A stretch of 63,465 nucleotides of DNA, counting the filler. It is 4 parts of 4 records of this genome, joined end to end, with 100 filler letters (N's around TTAATTAATTAA, not from the genome) between each part and the next. Parts side by side here need not be neighbours in the genome. Positions count along the whole stretch, not along the records: positions 38,044 to 51,556 come from SRR20825006_751; positions 51,657 to 63,465 come from SRR20825006_753; 2 more parts are not named here. One strand, 5' to 3'. A model generated the notes under the pieces. The model was given only the letters and a program-made list of their open reading frames with translations, was not told the origin of the DNA and made no database searches. Positions within the stretch are counted from its first letter, which is position 1; each line of letters opens with the position of its first letter. Below, piece by piece: positions 49,819 through 58,974 of the stretch. The position numbers were made by a program, and so were the translations under genes.

Positions 49819-50376
49819 CTACTCCACATTTTCAAAAAACTTTACAGCATATTTGCAATATTCCGTGATGGTATCTTTACAGGTCTCAAACTCTTTTCTA
49901 CTTCCTAGCCAATTTCTGCATTTTTCCGTGATTTCCTTACCCTCTTTGAGTTCAGAATAAGAGATGCATTTTATATGTTTTGGCGTAACCAAAACAAATA
50001 GCGCGTTCTCAAATGGGTAATCACCATAATTTTCAATATCCTTGATGCTGAGTTTCCCACTTTTTCGGTATTTTACTTCAATGAAGTGGGCCTGCTTATC
50101 TTTAAACACCACAAAGTCGGGCATCTGTCGAATGTTTTTGGAGACATCACCCCTAACTCCCTTTAACAAATCAGTTATTCCGGGTATAGTGTTTTCCATC
50201 CCATATTTGTAAACCTGAAAATCTAGGGATATAAAAAGTTGTTCTATAATGGTTTCAGCAATGCGGCCCTTTATTACACCGGCCACCCATTTATTTCCGT
50301 TTTCTTTTTGGTAACAATCGGTACAAAGACCGTTTTTGAACTTGGTGTATTCACCACATTCTATGCAATCGGGCAT
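49819..50376 (-). CDS. Zn-ribbon + PD-(D/E)xK nuclease-like protein
   Basis: CIEC...CTDC; GRIAE, MPDF, IEVK; start probably ATG 50376. Confidence 0.7.
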   Translation of the reverse strand: MPDCIECGEYTKFKNGLCTDCYQKENGNKWVAGVIKGRIAETIIEQLFISLDFQVYKYGMENTIPGITDLLKGVRGDVSKNIRQMPDFVVFKDKQAHFIEVKYRKSGKLSIKDIENYGDYPFENALFVLVTPKHIKCISYSELKEGKEITEKCRNWLGSRKEFETCKDTITEYCKYAVKFFENVE

Positions 50377-50572
50377 ATTTATTTTGAAAGTTTGGTAAAT
50401 TACCAAAATAGAAATAACGCTTCACTTTAACAATTAATAAAGCCACTAATAAGGAAATTTCTTATAACAAATGGAGCGTGGAGAAGACGAAATCAGTTTT
50501 GTATTCAAAGTTTTTTTGAATGAAACATTCTTTTTTGGAGAACCTTAATTAAAATGGGGGAGTTAAAAAATT

Positions 50573-51256
50573 TTAAGTCGCTCGGACACCCTTTGAAATT
50601 TGCTCGCTATAGTAATCGTAGTTTCCTCCATACTTCTTTATAAAGTCTGCTTTAGGAACAAATAGTCCAATTCCGTGCTTGGTTCCCATTCCCTCTTTGA
50701 CCCAGAACAAGGAATCATGCCCAAAATCAATGAATACAGGCCTCATTGTCATAAACCAACTCTTACGGTAGTAATCCCAAATAAATTGTTTTCTTCCTTT
50801 ATGGTTTTGAGTTTCATCATGTTTAATCTTCCAATTAAAATTCTGGTTGTCTAATTCTCGGATATAGAAATTGTGTTTGAAATGAATTCCATTAATTACC
50901 CATATCATGCGTTGGCCGTAAAACTCCTCCCTTTTTCTGATAATGTCCTTTTGGATGGGCGAGTTTTGAAGTTCTATTATTACATCATTTTCGGTCAGTA
51001 TATCAGCAATGTGCCATTTCCCCTCCTTTTTAATTACGACCTCCGAATGCTCCTTACCAAAGGTCATTTTCCAAAGTAAATGCCAATAGGACTCTGGTTC
51101 ATACCATGAGTCGCAGTTTTCCGCTTTGAAGTGAGCCCAATGCCATACATTAACCTCTCCACATTTTGACAATACTCGGCCGCTACAGAGGGGACATTTT
51201 CCGTAAGAGTTGGGTTTTGGCTCTATTTTCTCATTGTTTACTATTGCCCAGAGCAT
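50573..51256 (-). CDS. CoiA-like nuclease family protein
   Basis: CPLC, HWAH, ESYWH..WK, HIAD, IELQNS.I. Confidence 0.8.
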   Translation of the reverse strand: MLWAIVNNEKIEPKPNSYGKCPLCSGRVLSKCGEVNVWHWAHFKAENCDSWYEPESYWHLLWKMTFGKEHSEVVIKKEGKWHIADILTENDVIIELQNSPIQKDIIRKREEFYGQRMIWVINGIHFKHNFYIRELDNQNFNWKIKHDETQNHKGRKQFIWDYYRKSWFMTMRPVFIDFGHDSLFWVKEGMGTKHGIGLFVPKADFIKKYGGNYDYYSEQISKGVRAT

Positions 51257-51438
51257 CCTTTGCTAGTTTGAACAACAAGATAGTGAATAAGAAATTCGGC
51301 TTTAGAATAGATTACCTAGCTAAAAACAAATACAACTAAAAAACACATATTGTTTAGATGTGTCAGAATGGGCTTGACTAAGTAGTGGCGCTTATTTTTC
51401 TAGACTAAATATTTATTAATATTAGAGTGTTTGGAAAA

Positions 51439-51555
51439 TCAGTTATTTTCTTCCCGGTAAAATAGGTTCAAATGGTCCATCAAAGCTTCTTCGCCAACTG
51501 GCATCAATCGATTGGCAATTGTCATGGCCTGATGGATGAATTCCTCTTCGTTCCT
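51439..51555 (-). CDS. 3' end of an unknown gene cut by the contig end
   Basis: Open frame RNEEEFIHQAMTIANRLMPVGEEALMDHLNLFYREENN*. Confidence 0.45.
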   Translation of the reverse strand, partial: RNEEEFIHQAMTIANRLMPVGEEALMDHLNLFYREENN

Positions 51556-51556
51556 G

Positions 51557-51656
51557 NNNNNNNNNNNNNNNNNNNNNNNNNNNNNNNNNNNNNNNNNNNN
51601 TTAATTAATTAANNNNNNNNNNNNNNNNNNNNNNNNNNNNNNNNNNNNNNNNNNNN
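51557..51656. other. Artificial contig linker
   Basis: 44 N + TTAATTAATTAA + 44 N. Confidence 0.98.
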
Positions 51657-51657
51657 G

Positions 51658-51774
51658 CCTTGGGTTTTCGTTGCCAACTGGAAGCAGAATGCTGTGACCA
51701 AGGCCGGTGTTGAAAACTTCAAGCTTCAGCCGTCCTTCTTCCTGCAACTGCAAAATGTTGCAAAGCCGAACTGA
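51658..51774 (+). CDS. C-terminus of a peptide ABC substrate-binding protein (5'-truncated)
   Basis: PWVFVANWKQNAVTKAGVENFKLQPSFFLQLQNVAKPN*, upstream of the permeases. Confidence 0.7.
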   Translation, partial: PWVFVANWKQNAVTKAGVENFKLQPSFFLQLQNVAKPN

Positions 51775-51783
51775 TATCTGCGA

Positions 51784-52146
51784 ATGGCAGACCCGCACGA
51801 CAAAATCCGGCAGATCTGTCTTGATCTGCCGGAGACCTTCGAACAGGAGGCCTGGGGCGACCCCACATTCAGGGTTCGCAACAAAATCTTCTGCATGGTG
51901 AAACAGGGCGACGGTCGGCTTTCAGCGTGGGTCAAAGCCCCGCAGGGCATGCAGTCGGTGCTGATTGATGCGGTCCCTGAACGCTTTTTTCGCCCGCCTT
52001 ATGTCGGCCACAAGGGCTGGGTCGGCATAAGACTTGATGATGCGCCCGACTGGGCAGAAGTCGGTGTGCACGTGCACCGGAGCTATGATCTGATCGCGCC
52101 TGAAAAGCTCCGCGGGCAGAAAGACGATCCTGACAAGCGAGGGTAA
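51784..52146 (+). CDS. MmcQ/YjbR family protein
   Basis: CLDLPET...WGDPTFRV..KIF, FFRPPYVGHKGWVG, SY.LIAP. Confidence 0.85.
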   Translation: MADPHDKIRQICLDLPETFEQEAWGDPTFRVRNKIFCMVKQGDGRLSAWVKAPQGMQSVLIDAVPERFFRPPYVGHKGWVGIRLDDAPDWAEVGVHVHRSYDLIAPEKLRGQKDDPDKRG

Positions 52147-52149
52147 CCC

Positions 52150-53094
52150 ATGGCACGCTATATCCTGCGGCGGCTTCTAACCGTCATACCGGTGCTTTTT
52201 GGCCTGACGATCATCGTCTTTCTGATTATGGCGATGATCCCCGGCGACCCGGCGACCGCTATTCTGGGTGCCTATGCGACGCCGGAAAATGTTGAGCGTA
52301 TCAATCGTGCGCTGGGCCTCGACAAGCCTTTGTTCCAGCAATACTTCATCTGGCTCGGCAATATTCTTCAAGGCGATTTCGGCCGCTCCTATACCCAGAA
52401 CCGGCCTGTCATAGACATCATTTCCGAACGTTTTGGCAATACGCTGATTCTCGCCGGCACCTCACTGGTTCTCTGTTCCATCCTTGGTCTTCTGGCGGGC
52501 ATCATCTCGGCTGTGCGCCAGTATGGACTGACGGACAAGCTGGTCACTTTTTTTGTTCTGATCGGAATATCGATTCCTTCGTTCTGGCTGGGTCTGCTTC
52601 TGATTCTCGTTTTCGCCGTCGATTTGAAATGGTTTCCGGCCAGCGGCATGTACGCCATTTATGGCGGCGGCGGACCAATGGACCTGCTGCGCCATCTTGT
52701 TCTGCCCGCTTTCACCCTAGCCGTGGTGGCAACTGGTGTCATTGCCCGGCTGACCCGCACTTCCATGCTTGAAGTGATGCGACAGGATTATATCCGCACC
52801 GCCCGTGCCAAGGGGCTTAAAGAACGCCGCGTTATCATGCGCCATGCGTTCAAGGCAGCCCTTGTCTCCGTCATTCCGGTGCTCGGCATTCAGGCCGGTT
52901 TTGTGCTGGGCGGTGCTGTGTACATCGAAACCGTGTTCCAGTGGCCCGGCATCGGCTCGATGCTTGTCACCGCCATTTCCACACGCGACCTGCTTGTCGT
53001 GCAGGGCGGCGTTCTAGTGGTGGCTGCTGCTTATGTTCTCTTCAATCTGGCCGCTGACGTGGTTCAGACCATGATCGATCCGAGGTTACGCTGA
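52150..53094 (+). CDS. Peptide ABC transporter permease (DppB-like)
   Basis: IPGDPA, GDFGRS, DYIRTARAKG, FQWPGIG, DPRLR. Confidence 0.93.
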   Translation: MARYILRRLLTVIPVLFGLTIIVFLIMAMIPGDPATAILGAYATPENVERINRALGLDKPLFQQYFIWLGNILQGDFGRSYTQNRPVIDIISERFGNTLILAGTSLVLCSILGLLAGIISAVRQYGLTDKLVTFFVLIGISIPSFWLGLLLILVFAVDLKWFPASGMYAIYGGGGPMDLLRHLVLPAFTLAVVATGVIARLTRTSMLEVMRQDYIRTARAKGLKERRVIMRHAFKAALVSVIPVLGIQAGFVLGGAVYIETVFQWPGIGSMLVTAISTRDLLVVQGGVLVVAAAYVLFNLAADVVQTMIDPRLR

Positions 53095-55034
53095 TGAGTG
53101 ATACCACGGCCAATACAGCCCCAAAGGCAAAGAAGAAAAACGGTGGACGCCCCAGCGCGCTCAGCCTGCTTTTGAATAACACTCTGGCGACCGGCGGACT
53201 GATCGTCTTTATCGTGATCGTGCTTGTGGCACTGGCCGCACCGATCCTCCCGCTCCAGCCGCCGAATATTACCGATCCATCCGTGCGGTTGTCTCCCCCC
53301 TTGAGTGAAGGTCACCTTCTTGGGACGGACGCACTCGGACGCGATCTGCTGTCCCGCCTGCTCTGGGGGACACGCGTCAGCCTCGCCGTTGGCATCTCCG
53401 CCACGTTGATTGCCGCTTTCTTCGGCTCGCTGATCGGTCTTGTTGCCGGCTATGCCGGTGGTCGCGTTGACAATACGCTGATGCGCGGCATCGATATGGT
53501 CATGGCATTTCCGTATATTCTGCTGGCGCTCGCCATCGTCGCCGTCCTCGGCCCGGGGCTATTGAATGCGCTTTACGCCATTGCCATCGTCAACATCCCC
53601 TTCTTTGCCCGTAATATTCGCGGCATCACACTTGGACTTTCGCGACGTGAATTCGTTGATGCTGCCCGGCTTTCCGGCATGTCACACACACGCATTCTGT
53701 TTACAGAAGTACTGCCGAACGTGCTCCCGGTGATTATCATCACCATGTCGACCACCATCGGCTGGATGATCCTTGAAACGGCGGGGCTTTCCTTCCTTGG
53801 ATTGGGCGCCCAGCCACCGCAAGCCGACCTCGGCTCGATGCTGGGCGACGGGCGCAAGGTGCTGTTTACCGAAGCCTATGTCTCAATTGTTCCGGGACTG
53901 ATGATCTTTGCGTTGGTGATGAGCATCAACCTTTTGGGCGACGGTATCCGCGATGTGCTCGATCCGCGACTGAAATCCGGAGCGCTGGCACGTCCGGGCG
54001 CAAGAACTGCAGTCAAGCGCGAAACTGTGCCCAGTGATGGCCAGAAGGCAGGCACCGTACTCGATGTTCAGCAGATGCGCACGGAGTTCCATGTCGGCGG
54101 GAGCGTCTACAAGGCCGTCGGCGGCGTTGATCTGTATTTGCGCGAAGGTGAATGTCTGGGGCTGGTCGGTGAATCCGGTTCTGGTAAATCCGTCACAGCC
54201 ATGTCGCTGATGGGACTGGTGCCGACCCCGCCCGGCCAGATTTCAGGCGGGGCTGCCTATCTGAACAATGAGGATCTGTTTGCCGCCAGTGATGAACGTA
54301 TCCGCCAGCTGCGCGGCGCGGACGTCTCGCATGTGTTTCAGGATCCACTTTCAACGCTGCATCCGCTGTTTACCGTCGGAGAACAGCTGGTGGAAGCTAT
54401 CCAGGCCCATCAGCCACTCTCAAAGTCACAAGCCCGTCAAAAAGCGGCAGACCTGCTGGAATCAGTTCGCATTCCCAATGCGGCCAATCGCCTGGATTCG
54501 TTCCCGCATGAACTTTCCGGCGGTATGCGCCAGCGCGTAACCATCGCCATGGCGCTAGCCAATGATGCGAAAGTGATTGTCGCCGATGAACCAACCACAG
54601 CACTCGACGTCACCGTTCAGGCACAGATTCTGGAAATGATGGATACGCTCAGGCGAGAACGCCAGACGGCAATCCTGTTCATCACCCATGATTTCGGCGT
54701 TGTCTCAGCAATCTGCGACCGGGTTGCGGTGATGTATGCCGGGCGGATTGTTGAAACCGGCACAACAGCCGAGATTCTGGAACGCCCTGCCCATCCCTAT
54801 ACCGCCAAACTGATTGACTGCGTGCCGGTTCTGGGCGAACCGGAGCGTCGTCTTGATGCCATCGAGGGCCGACCACCGGTGGTCAACAACCTGCCGGAAG
54901 GCTGTGCCTTCGCAGATCGATGCCACTTCGTTCAGGAAGATTGTCGCAGAGGCGATATCGGTTTGACAGCACTTGGCGAGGAACGCGGCGTGCGCTGCCT
55001 TCATCCGCTCAACCGGGAGAATGCCGATGGCTGA
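53094..55034 (+). CDS. Fused peptide ABC permease / ATP-binding protein (DppC-DppD)
   Basis: LGTDALGRD, EFVDAAR; GESGSGKS, LSGGMRQR, DEPT, HPYT. Confidence 0.92.
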   Translation: MSDTTANTAPKAKKKNGGRPSALSLLLNNTLATGGLIVFIVIVLVALAAPILPLQPPNITDPSVRLSPPLSEGHLLGTDALGRDLLSRLLWGTRVSLAVGISATLIAAFFGSLIGLVAGYAGGRVDNTLMRGIDMVMAFPYILLALAIVAVLGPGLLNALYAIAIVNIPFFARNIRGITLGLSRREFVDAARLSGMSHTRILFTEVLPNVLPVIIITMSTTIGWMILETAGLSFLGLGAQPPQADLGSMLGDGRKVLFTEAYVSIVPGLMIFALVMSINLLGDGIRDVLDPRLKSGALARPGARTAVKRETVPSDGQKAGTVLDVQQMRTEFHVGGSVYKAVGGVDLYLREGECLGLVGESGSGKSVTAMSLMGLVPTPPGQISGGAAYLNNEDLFAASDERIRQLRGADVSHVFQDPLSTLHPLFTVGEQLVEAIQAHQPLSKSQARQKAADLLESVRIPNAANRLDSFPHELSGGMRQRVTIAMALANDAKVIVADEPTTALDVTVQAQILEMMDTLRRERQTAILFITHDFGVVSAICDRVAVMYAGRIVETGTTAEILERPAHPYTAKLIDCVPVLGEPERRLDAIEGRPPVVNNLPEGCAFADRCHFVQEDCRRGDIGLTALGEERGVRCLHPLNRENADG

Positions 55035-56016
55035 TGATCTGCTGATGGAAATAAAAGGCGTTGAGCGCACATTTGGCGGCGGCAAAACATTGTTCGGCAG
55101 GCAAAAGCCAGCCGTTCATGCCGTTCAGGATGTAACCATCAACGTTGAAACGGGCGAAACACTCGGCATTGTCGGGGAATCCGGTTGTGGCAAGTCAACA
55201 CTGGCGCGTGTTCTTTCCGGGTTGGATATTCCGACCGAAGGCCGGATCACCTTTCAGGGCAAGGATCTGATCGAAGAAGCACGCAAAAACCCGCGTGAAC
55301 TGGCCCGCCAGGTTCAGTATGTGTTTCAGGATCCGGTATCCTCGCTGAACCCGCGCAAGAAAATCCGCACCATTCTGGAAGCACCGCTTATACACCTTCG
55401 GGGTATGAAAAAGACCGAGCGCGCAGAGCGGCTGAAGACACTGATGGATGCGGTCAATCTGGCACCGGAGTTTCTGGACCGCTATCCGCACGAGTTTTCC
55501 GGCGGTCAGGCTCAACGCATCGGTATCGCCCGTGCGCTTGCTGCCGATCCGGAAGTCATTGTTCTCGATGAGCCTGTTTCCGCCCTTGATGTTTCAGTTC
55601 AGGCACAGGTGCTCAACATTCTGGATGACCTAAAGGCTCGGTTCGGCCTGACTTATCTGTTCATCAGTCATGATCTTTCTGTCGTCGAAACCATTTCAGA
55701 CCGGGTTGCGGTGATGTATTTCGGCAGGATTGTTGAACTTGGCACCCGCAACAAGGTATTTGCCGAAGCCCGTCATCCCTATACACACCTGCTGCTTAAT
55801 TCTGCCCCTGCTCCCGGTCGCAAGGCAGTTTCCGGCGGAGATCGGGAGGCAGAGCTTCCCGATCCCTACAACCCACCGCCCGGCTGCGCATTCTACGCCC
55901 GCTGTCAAAATGCTGCGGACGACTGCCGACATGCCGTTCCCTCACTCAGCGAAACCAGTGATGGCGCAGACCATGGAGCGGCTTGCTTTCATCCGATGAT
56001 GAAAAAGACAGCATGA
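55027..56016 (+). CDS. Peptide ABC ATP-binding protein (DppF-like)
   Basis: GESGCGKS, FSGGQAQR, DEPVSALD; start 55021 or 55027. Confidence 0.92.
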   Translation: MADDLLMEIKGVERTFGGGKTLFGRQKPAVHAVQDVTINVETGETLGIVGESGCGKSTLARVLSGLDIPTEGRITFQGKDLIEEARKNPRELARQVQYVFQDPVSSLNPRKKIRTILEAPLIHLRGMKKTERAERLKTLMDAVNLAPEFLDRYPHEFSGGQAQRIGIARALAADPEVIVLDEPVSALDVSVQAQVLNILDDLKARFGLTYLFISHDLSVVETISDRVAVMYFGRIVELGTRNKVFAEARHPYTHLLLNSAPAPGRKAVSGGDREAELPDPYNPPPGCAFYARCQNAADDCRHAVPSLSETSDGADHGAACFHPMMKKTA

Positions 56017-56798
56017 CAAGACCGAAAAAAAAACGACAGGAATTCGGTACACCTCTGGCGGAAAAGAAGCGCAAGCGGCCGGATATCACCGCCGATATCC
56101 TGCGTGAGCGCATGATCGCAAACGCACTGAAACCTGGTGATCGCATACCGGCCGACTGGCTTGACCCGGAACACCTTGGCGTTTCGCGCGGCACGCTGCG
56201 CGAGGCGTTGAAAATCCTAGAATTTCAGGGGATGATCGCCACTAAAACCGGGCCGGGCGGTGGCGTCTTCGTGCGTCAGGTAGAGCCATCAGAGGCCATA
56301 CAGACTGTCACCAATCTGTTTTTGCAATCGCCGCCTTCCATTGCTGATATCTACGCCCTGCGCAAAATACTGGAGCCGGAGCTTGCTGCCGATGCGGCTC
56401 GTGAATTCCCGCTGGACAAGGTCGAGGAACTGCAATCCACAATCCGGCTTTATGAAGCGCAACCTGAAACCGGTGAAGAAGAATATATTCAAAGGCTGGC
56501 CGAACTGGATTTTCATGCGGAACTGGCCCGCTACTCGACGAACAAAATCCTTGGCTTCACCTGCGGTCTGTTGCTCAACCTCTTGCGCGACCTTGCCGAA
56601 TGCCGGGCGATCTACGAAACGCCCAATCCAGGCTTGCGTGAAACCGGAATTTTATATCAAATATCCCTCATCAAGGCGATCCGTGCCCGCAACAGCGAAG
56701 AAGCAAGGCGGATCATGGCGGAGCACATGATTGACGCCGAGAGCTACATGCTGCAACGCGCGGCGATAAACCGAGCGCGCAGGGACAGTGATACCTGA
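56013..56798 (+). CDS. GntR/FadR family regulator (FCD domain)
   Basis: GVSRGTLREALKILE..G, GPGGG, DFH; ATGA overlap with the previous gene. Confidence 0.9.
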   Translation: MTRPKKKRQEFGTPLAEKKRKRPDITADILRERMIANALKPGDRIPADWLDPEHLGVSRGTLREALKILEFQGMIATKTGPGGGVFVRQVEPSEAIQTVTNLFLQSPPSIADIYALRKILEPELAADAAREFPLDKVEELQSTIRLYEAQPETGEEEYIQRLAELDFHAELARYSTNKILGFTCGLLLNLLRDLAECRAIYETPNPGLRETGILYQISLIKAIRARNSEEARRIMAEHMIDAESYMLQRAAINRARRDSDT

Positions 56799-56829
56799 AA
56801 AGCCACCTTGATGCGGATGATCAAAGAAG

Positions 56830-57774
56830 ATGCATATCGGGCATAAACATACGATCCACGATCACGACGGACACCTGGGCTGGAACCGCGCCCTGCAGCC
56901 GGTCATGCGCACGGTCTCCGGTGAAACCATCACCTTCTGCTGCCGGGATGCCGGAAACGGCCATTATCATGCCGGTTCAACCGCTCATGATGTGCTGACC
57001 GCAAATCCCGATGCAGCCAATCCGCTGACCGGTCCGCTGTTTGTGGAAGGAGCAGCACCCGGCGATGCGTTAAAAATCACGATCCATGAATTTGCCCCCT
57101 CCGGCTTCGGCTGGACCGCAATTATTCCCGGTTTCGGGCTTTTGTCCGACCAGTTCCAGACGCCAAAACTGAAGCTCTGGAACTATGATACCGGCATTTC
57201 AGAGCCCGCCGTTTTCAATGCCCATGCAAGCCTGCCACTAAGGCCTTTTATCGGCACCATCGGGGTTGCACCGGCAGAACCGGGAACACATTCCGTCATC
57301 CCGCCACGCCGCGTCGGCGGCAATATGGATATACGCGATATTGCAGCAGGAACAGTGCTTTATCTGCCCGTCGAGGTCGAGGGCGCACTTCTTTCTATCG
57401 GCGATACACATGCAGCCCAGGGAGACGGTGAGGTTTGTGGCACGGCGATCGAAAGTGCGATGGATGTTTCCATCACTGTCGAGGTGATCAAGGACGCAGC
57501 ACCAAAGACACCGCATTTCATGACCCCCGGTCCAATTTCACGGCATCTCGATGCAGCCGGGTATGATGTTACCACCGGCATCGGCCCGGATCTGATGCAG
57601 GCTGCGCGCGATGCGGTTTCGGCAATGATCGACCTTCTGGCCCGCACGCGCAACCTCAATGCAGAAGATGCTTATATGCTGTGTTCAGTCTGTGGCGACC
57701 TTAAAATCTCCGAAATCGTCGATGCACCGAACTGGGTCGTCTCGTTTTATTTCCCGCGCATCGTGTTCGGCTGA
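56830..57774 (+). CDS. Acetamidase/formamidase family protein
   Basis: NPLTGP, GGNMD, GDTHAAQGDGEVCGTAIE, AYMLCS. Confidence 0.92.
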   Translation: MHIGHKHTIHDHDGHLGWNRALQPVMRTVSGETITFCCRDAGNGHYHAGSTAHDVLTANPDAANPLTGPLFVEGAAPGDALKITIHEFAPSGFGWTAIIPGFGLLSDQFQTPKLKLWNYDTGISEPAVFNAHASLPLRPFIGTIGVAPAEPGTHSVIPPRRVGGNMDIRDIAAGTVLYLPVEVEGALLSIGDTHAAQGDGEVCGTAIESAMDVSITVEVIKDAAPKTPHFMTPGPISRHLDAAGYDVTTGIGPDLMQAARDAVSAMIDLLARTRNLNAEDAYMLCSVCGDLKISEIVDAPNWVVSFYFPRIVFG

Positions 57775-57777
57775 CCG

Positions 57778-58971
57778 TCAGGCATGGCCCGAATGATGTG
57801 GGTGATCCGGATCATCAATGGTTCCGGTCTCAACATCGGCGGAAAGCTCCTGCTCGGCTCTGCCGGTCGGCTGACGGGTGAATCCCGTCATCGGGCCGTG
57901 TTGCTGGAAATCACGTTTGATCTCAACATCCGAGGTCAGATAGGCGGTAATCAACTCGGCCAGCGATCTGAGCGCGTGCATATGGATGCGCTCATAGCCA
58001 TGTGAGGCATCGACACCAAAGGTAATCAGCGCGGTGCGCACATCAGCCCCGGCCTCAACAGCACTGGCAGAATCTGACCTGTAGAAGCGGAAAACATCCT
58101 TTTGGTAACGGATATCATTGTGCCGGCACAGATCAACCAGCTTCTTTGTCAGGTGGAAATCAAACGGCCCGGTCTGATCGGCCATGGCAATGGTTACGCC
58201 GAATTCGGATGAGTTCTGCCCTGGTGCACTTGTTCCATTATCAACCGAAACAAGCGACGCAACGTCATGATCAACAATGGACGAGGCACCGACGCCGACT
58301 TCCTCGGCAATCGTGAAAAGCCAGTGCGTCGCCACCGGAGTCTCGATCTTTTCATCCTGCATGGCTTTAAGCGCTGCAAGCATCAGCGCCACACCGGCCT
58401 TGTTGTCGAGATGGCGGGAGACGATGAAGCCGTTACCCATAAATTCCGGCTGCGGATCGATGGCAACGATATCACCGATTTCAATGCCCAGCTTGTCCAG
58501 ATCCTCTTCGTCGCGGGTCAGAGCATCAACACGCAATTCGACATAACGCCAGCCAACAGGCAGTTCATCGATTTCATCATTGTAGGTGTGACCAGACGCT
58601 TTCAGAGGCAGTATTGTCCCGCGATAGGAGCCTTTTTCCGTGAAAATCGTCGCCCGTGCGCCTTCGGCAAAACGCGCTGACCATGTGCCGATCGGCACAA
58701 GCTCCAACCGACCGTTGCTTTTCAGAAATTTCACCTGTGCGCCCAGCGTATCGACATGAGAGACGATGGCACGCGCGCCGCGACTGTCAACGCCTCGACG
58801 AACAGCCCGGATAGCACCACGCCGTGTCAGTTCAACATCAAGGCCCAGTTTTTCAAGCTCGCCGGTAACAAAACGCACGATCGGATCGGTGTAACCTGTC
58901 GGGCTGGGTATCGAAAGCAGCGCTTTCAGTATATCGGACAGGTAGTCGGCATCAATCGTCAGACGTTTCAT
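57778..58971 (-). CDS. NAGGN-system M42 family peptidase
   Basis: IPSPTG, HVDTLG, SRHLDNKAG, EEVG, SHGYER; third gene of the operon. Confidence 0.9.
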   Translation of the reverse strand: MKRLTIDADYLSDILKALLSIPSPTGYTDPIVRFVTGELEKLGLDVELTRRGAIRAVRRGVDSRGARAIVSHVDTLGAQVKFLKSNGRLELVPIGTWSARFAEGARATIFTEKGSYRGTILPLKASGHTYNDEIDELPVGWRYVELRVDALTRDEEDLDKLGIEIGDIVAIDPQPEFMGNGFIVSRHLDNKAGVALMLAALKAMQDEKIETPVATHWLFTIAEEVGVGASSIVDHDVASLVSVDNGTSAPGQNSSEFGVTIAMADQTGPFDFHLTKKLVDLCRHNDIRYQKDVFRFYRSDSASAVEAGADVRTALITFGVDASHGYERIHMHALRSLAELITAYLTSDVEIKRDFQQHGPMTGFTRQPTGRAEQELSADVETGTIDDPDHPHHSGHA

Positions 58972-58974
58972 TGC

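Larger units (their letters stand above)
38044..51556. mobile_element. tRNA-integrated genomic (defence) island, one end only
   Basis: att fragment, adjacent integrase and defence cargo. The other end is not in the contig, so the right boundary is unknown. Confidence 0.8.

Noticed and set aside
23418-51656. Abrupt composition and taxon shifts read as horizontal transfer, or TTAATTAATTAA read as a biological repeat
   Set aside because: Three identical N-flanked 100-bp linkers are assembly concatenation; adjacency across them means nothing.
53094-55034. Permease-ATPase fusion as a novelty
   Set aside because: DppC-DppD fusions are common in peptide ABC transporters.
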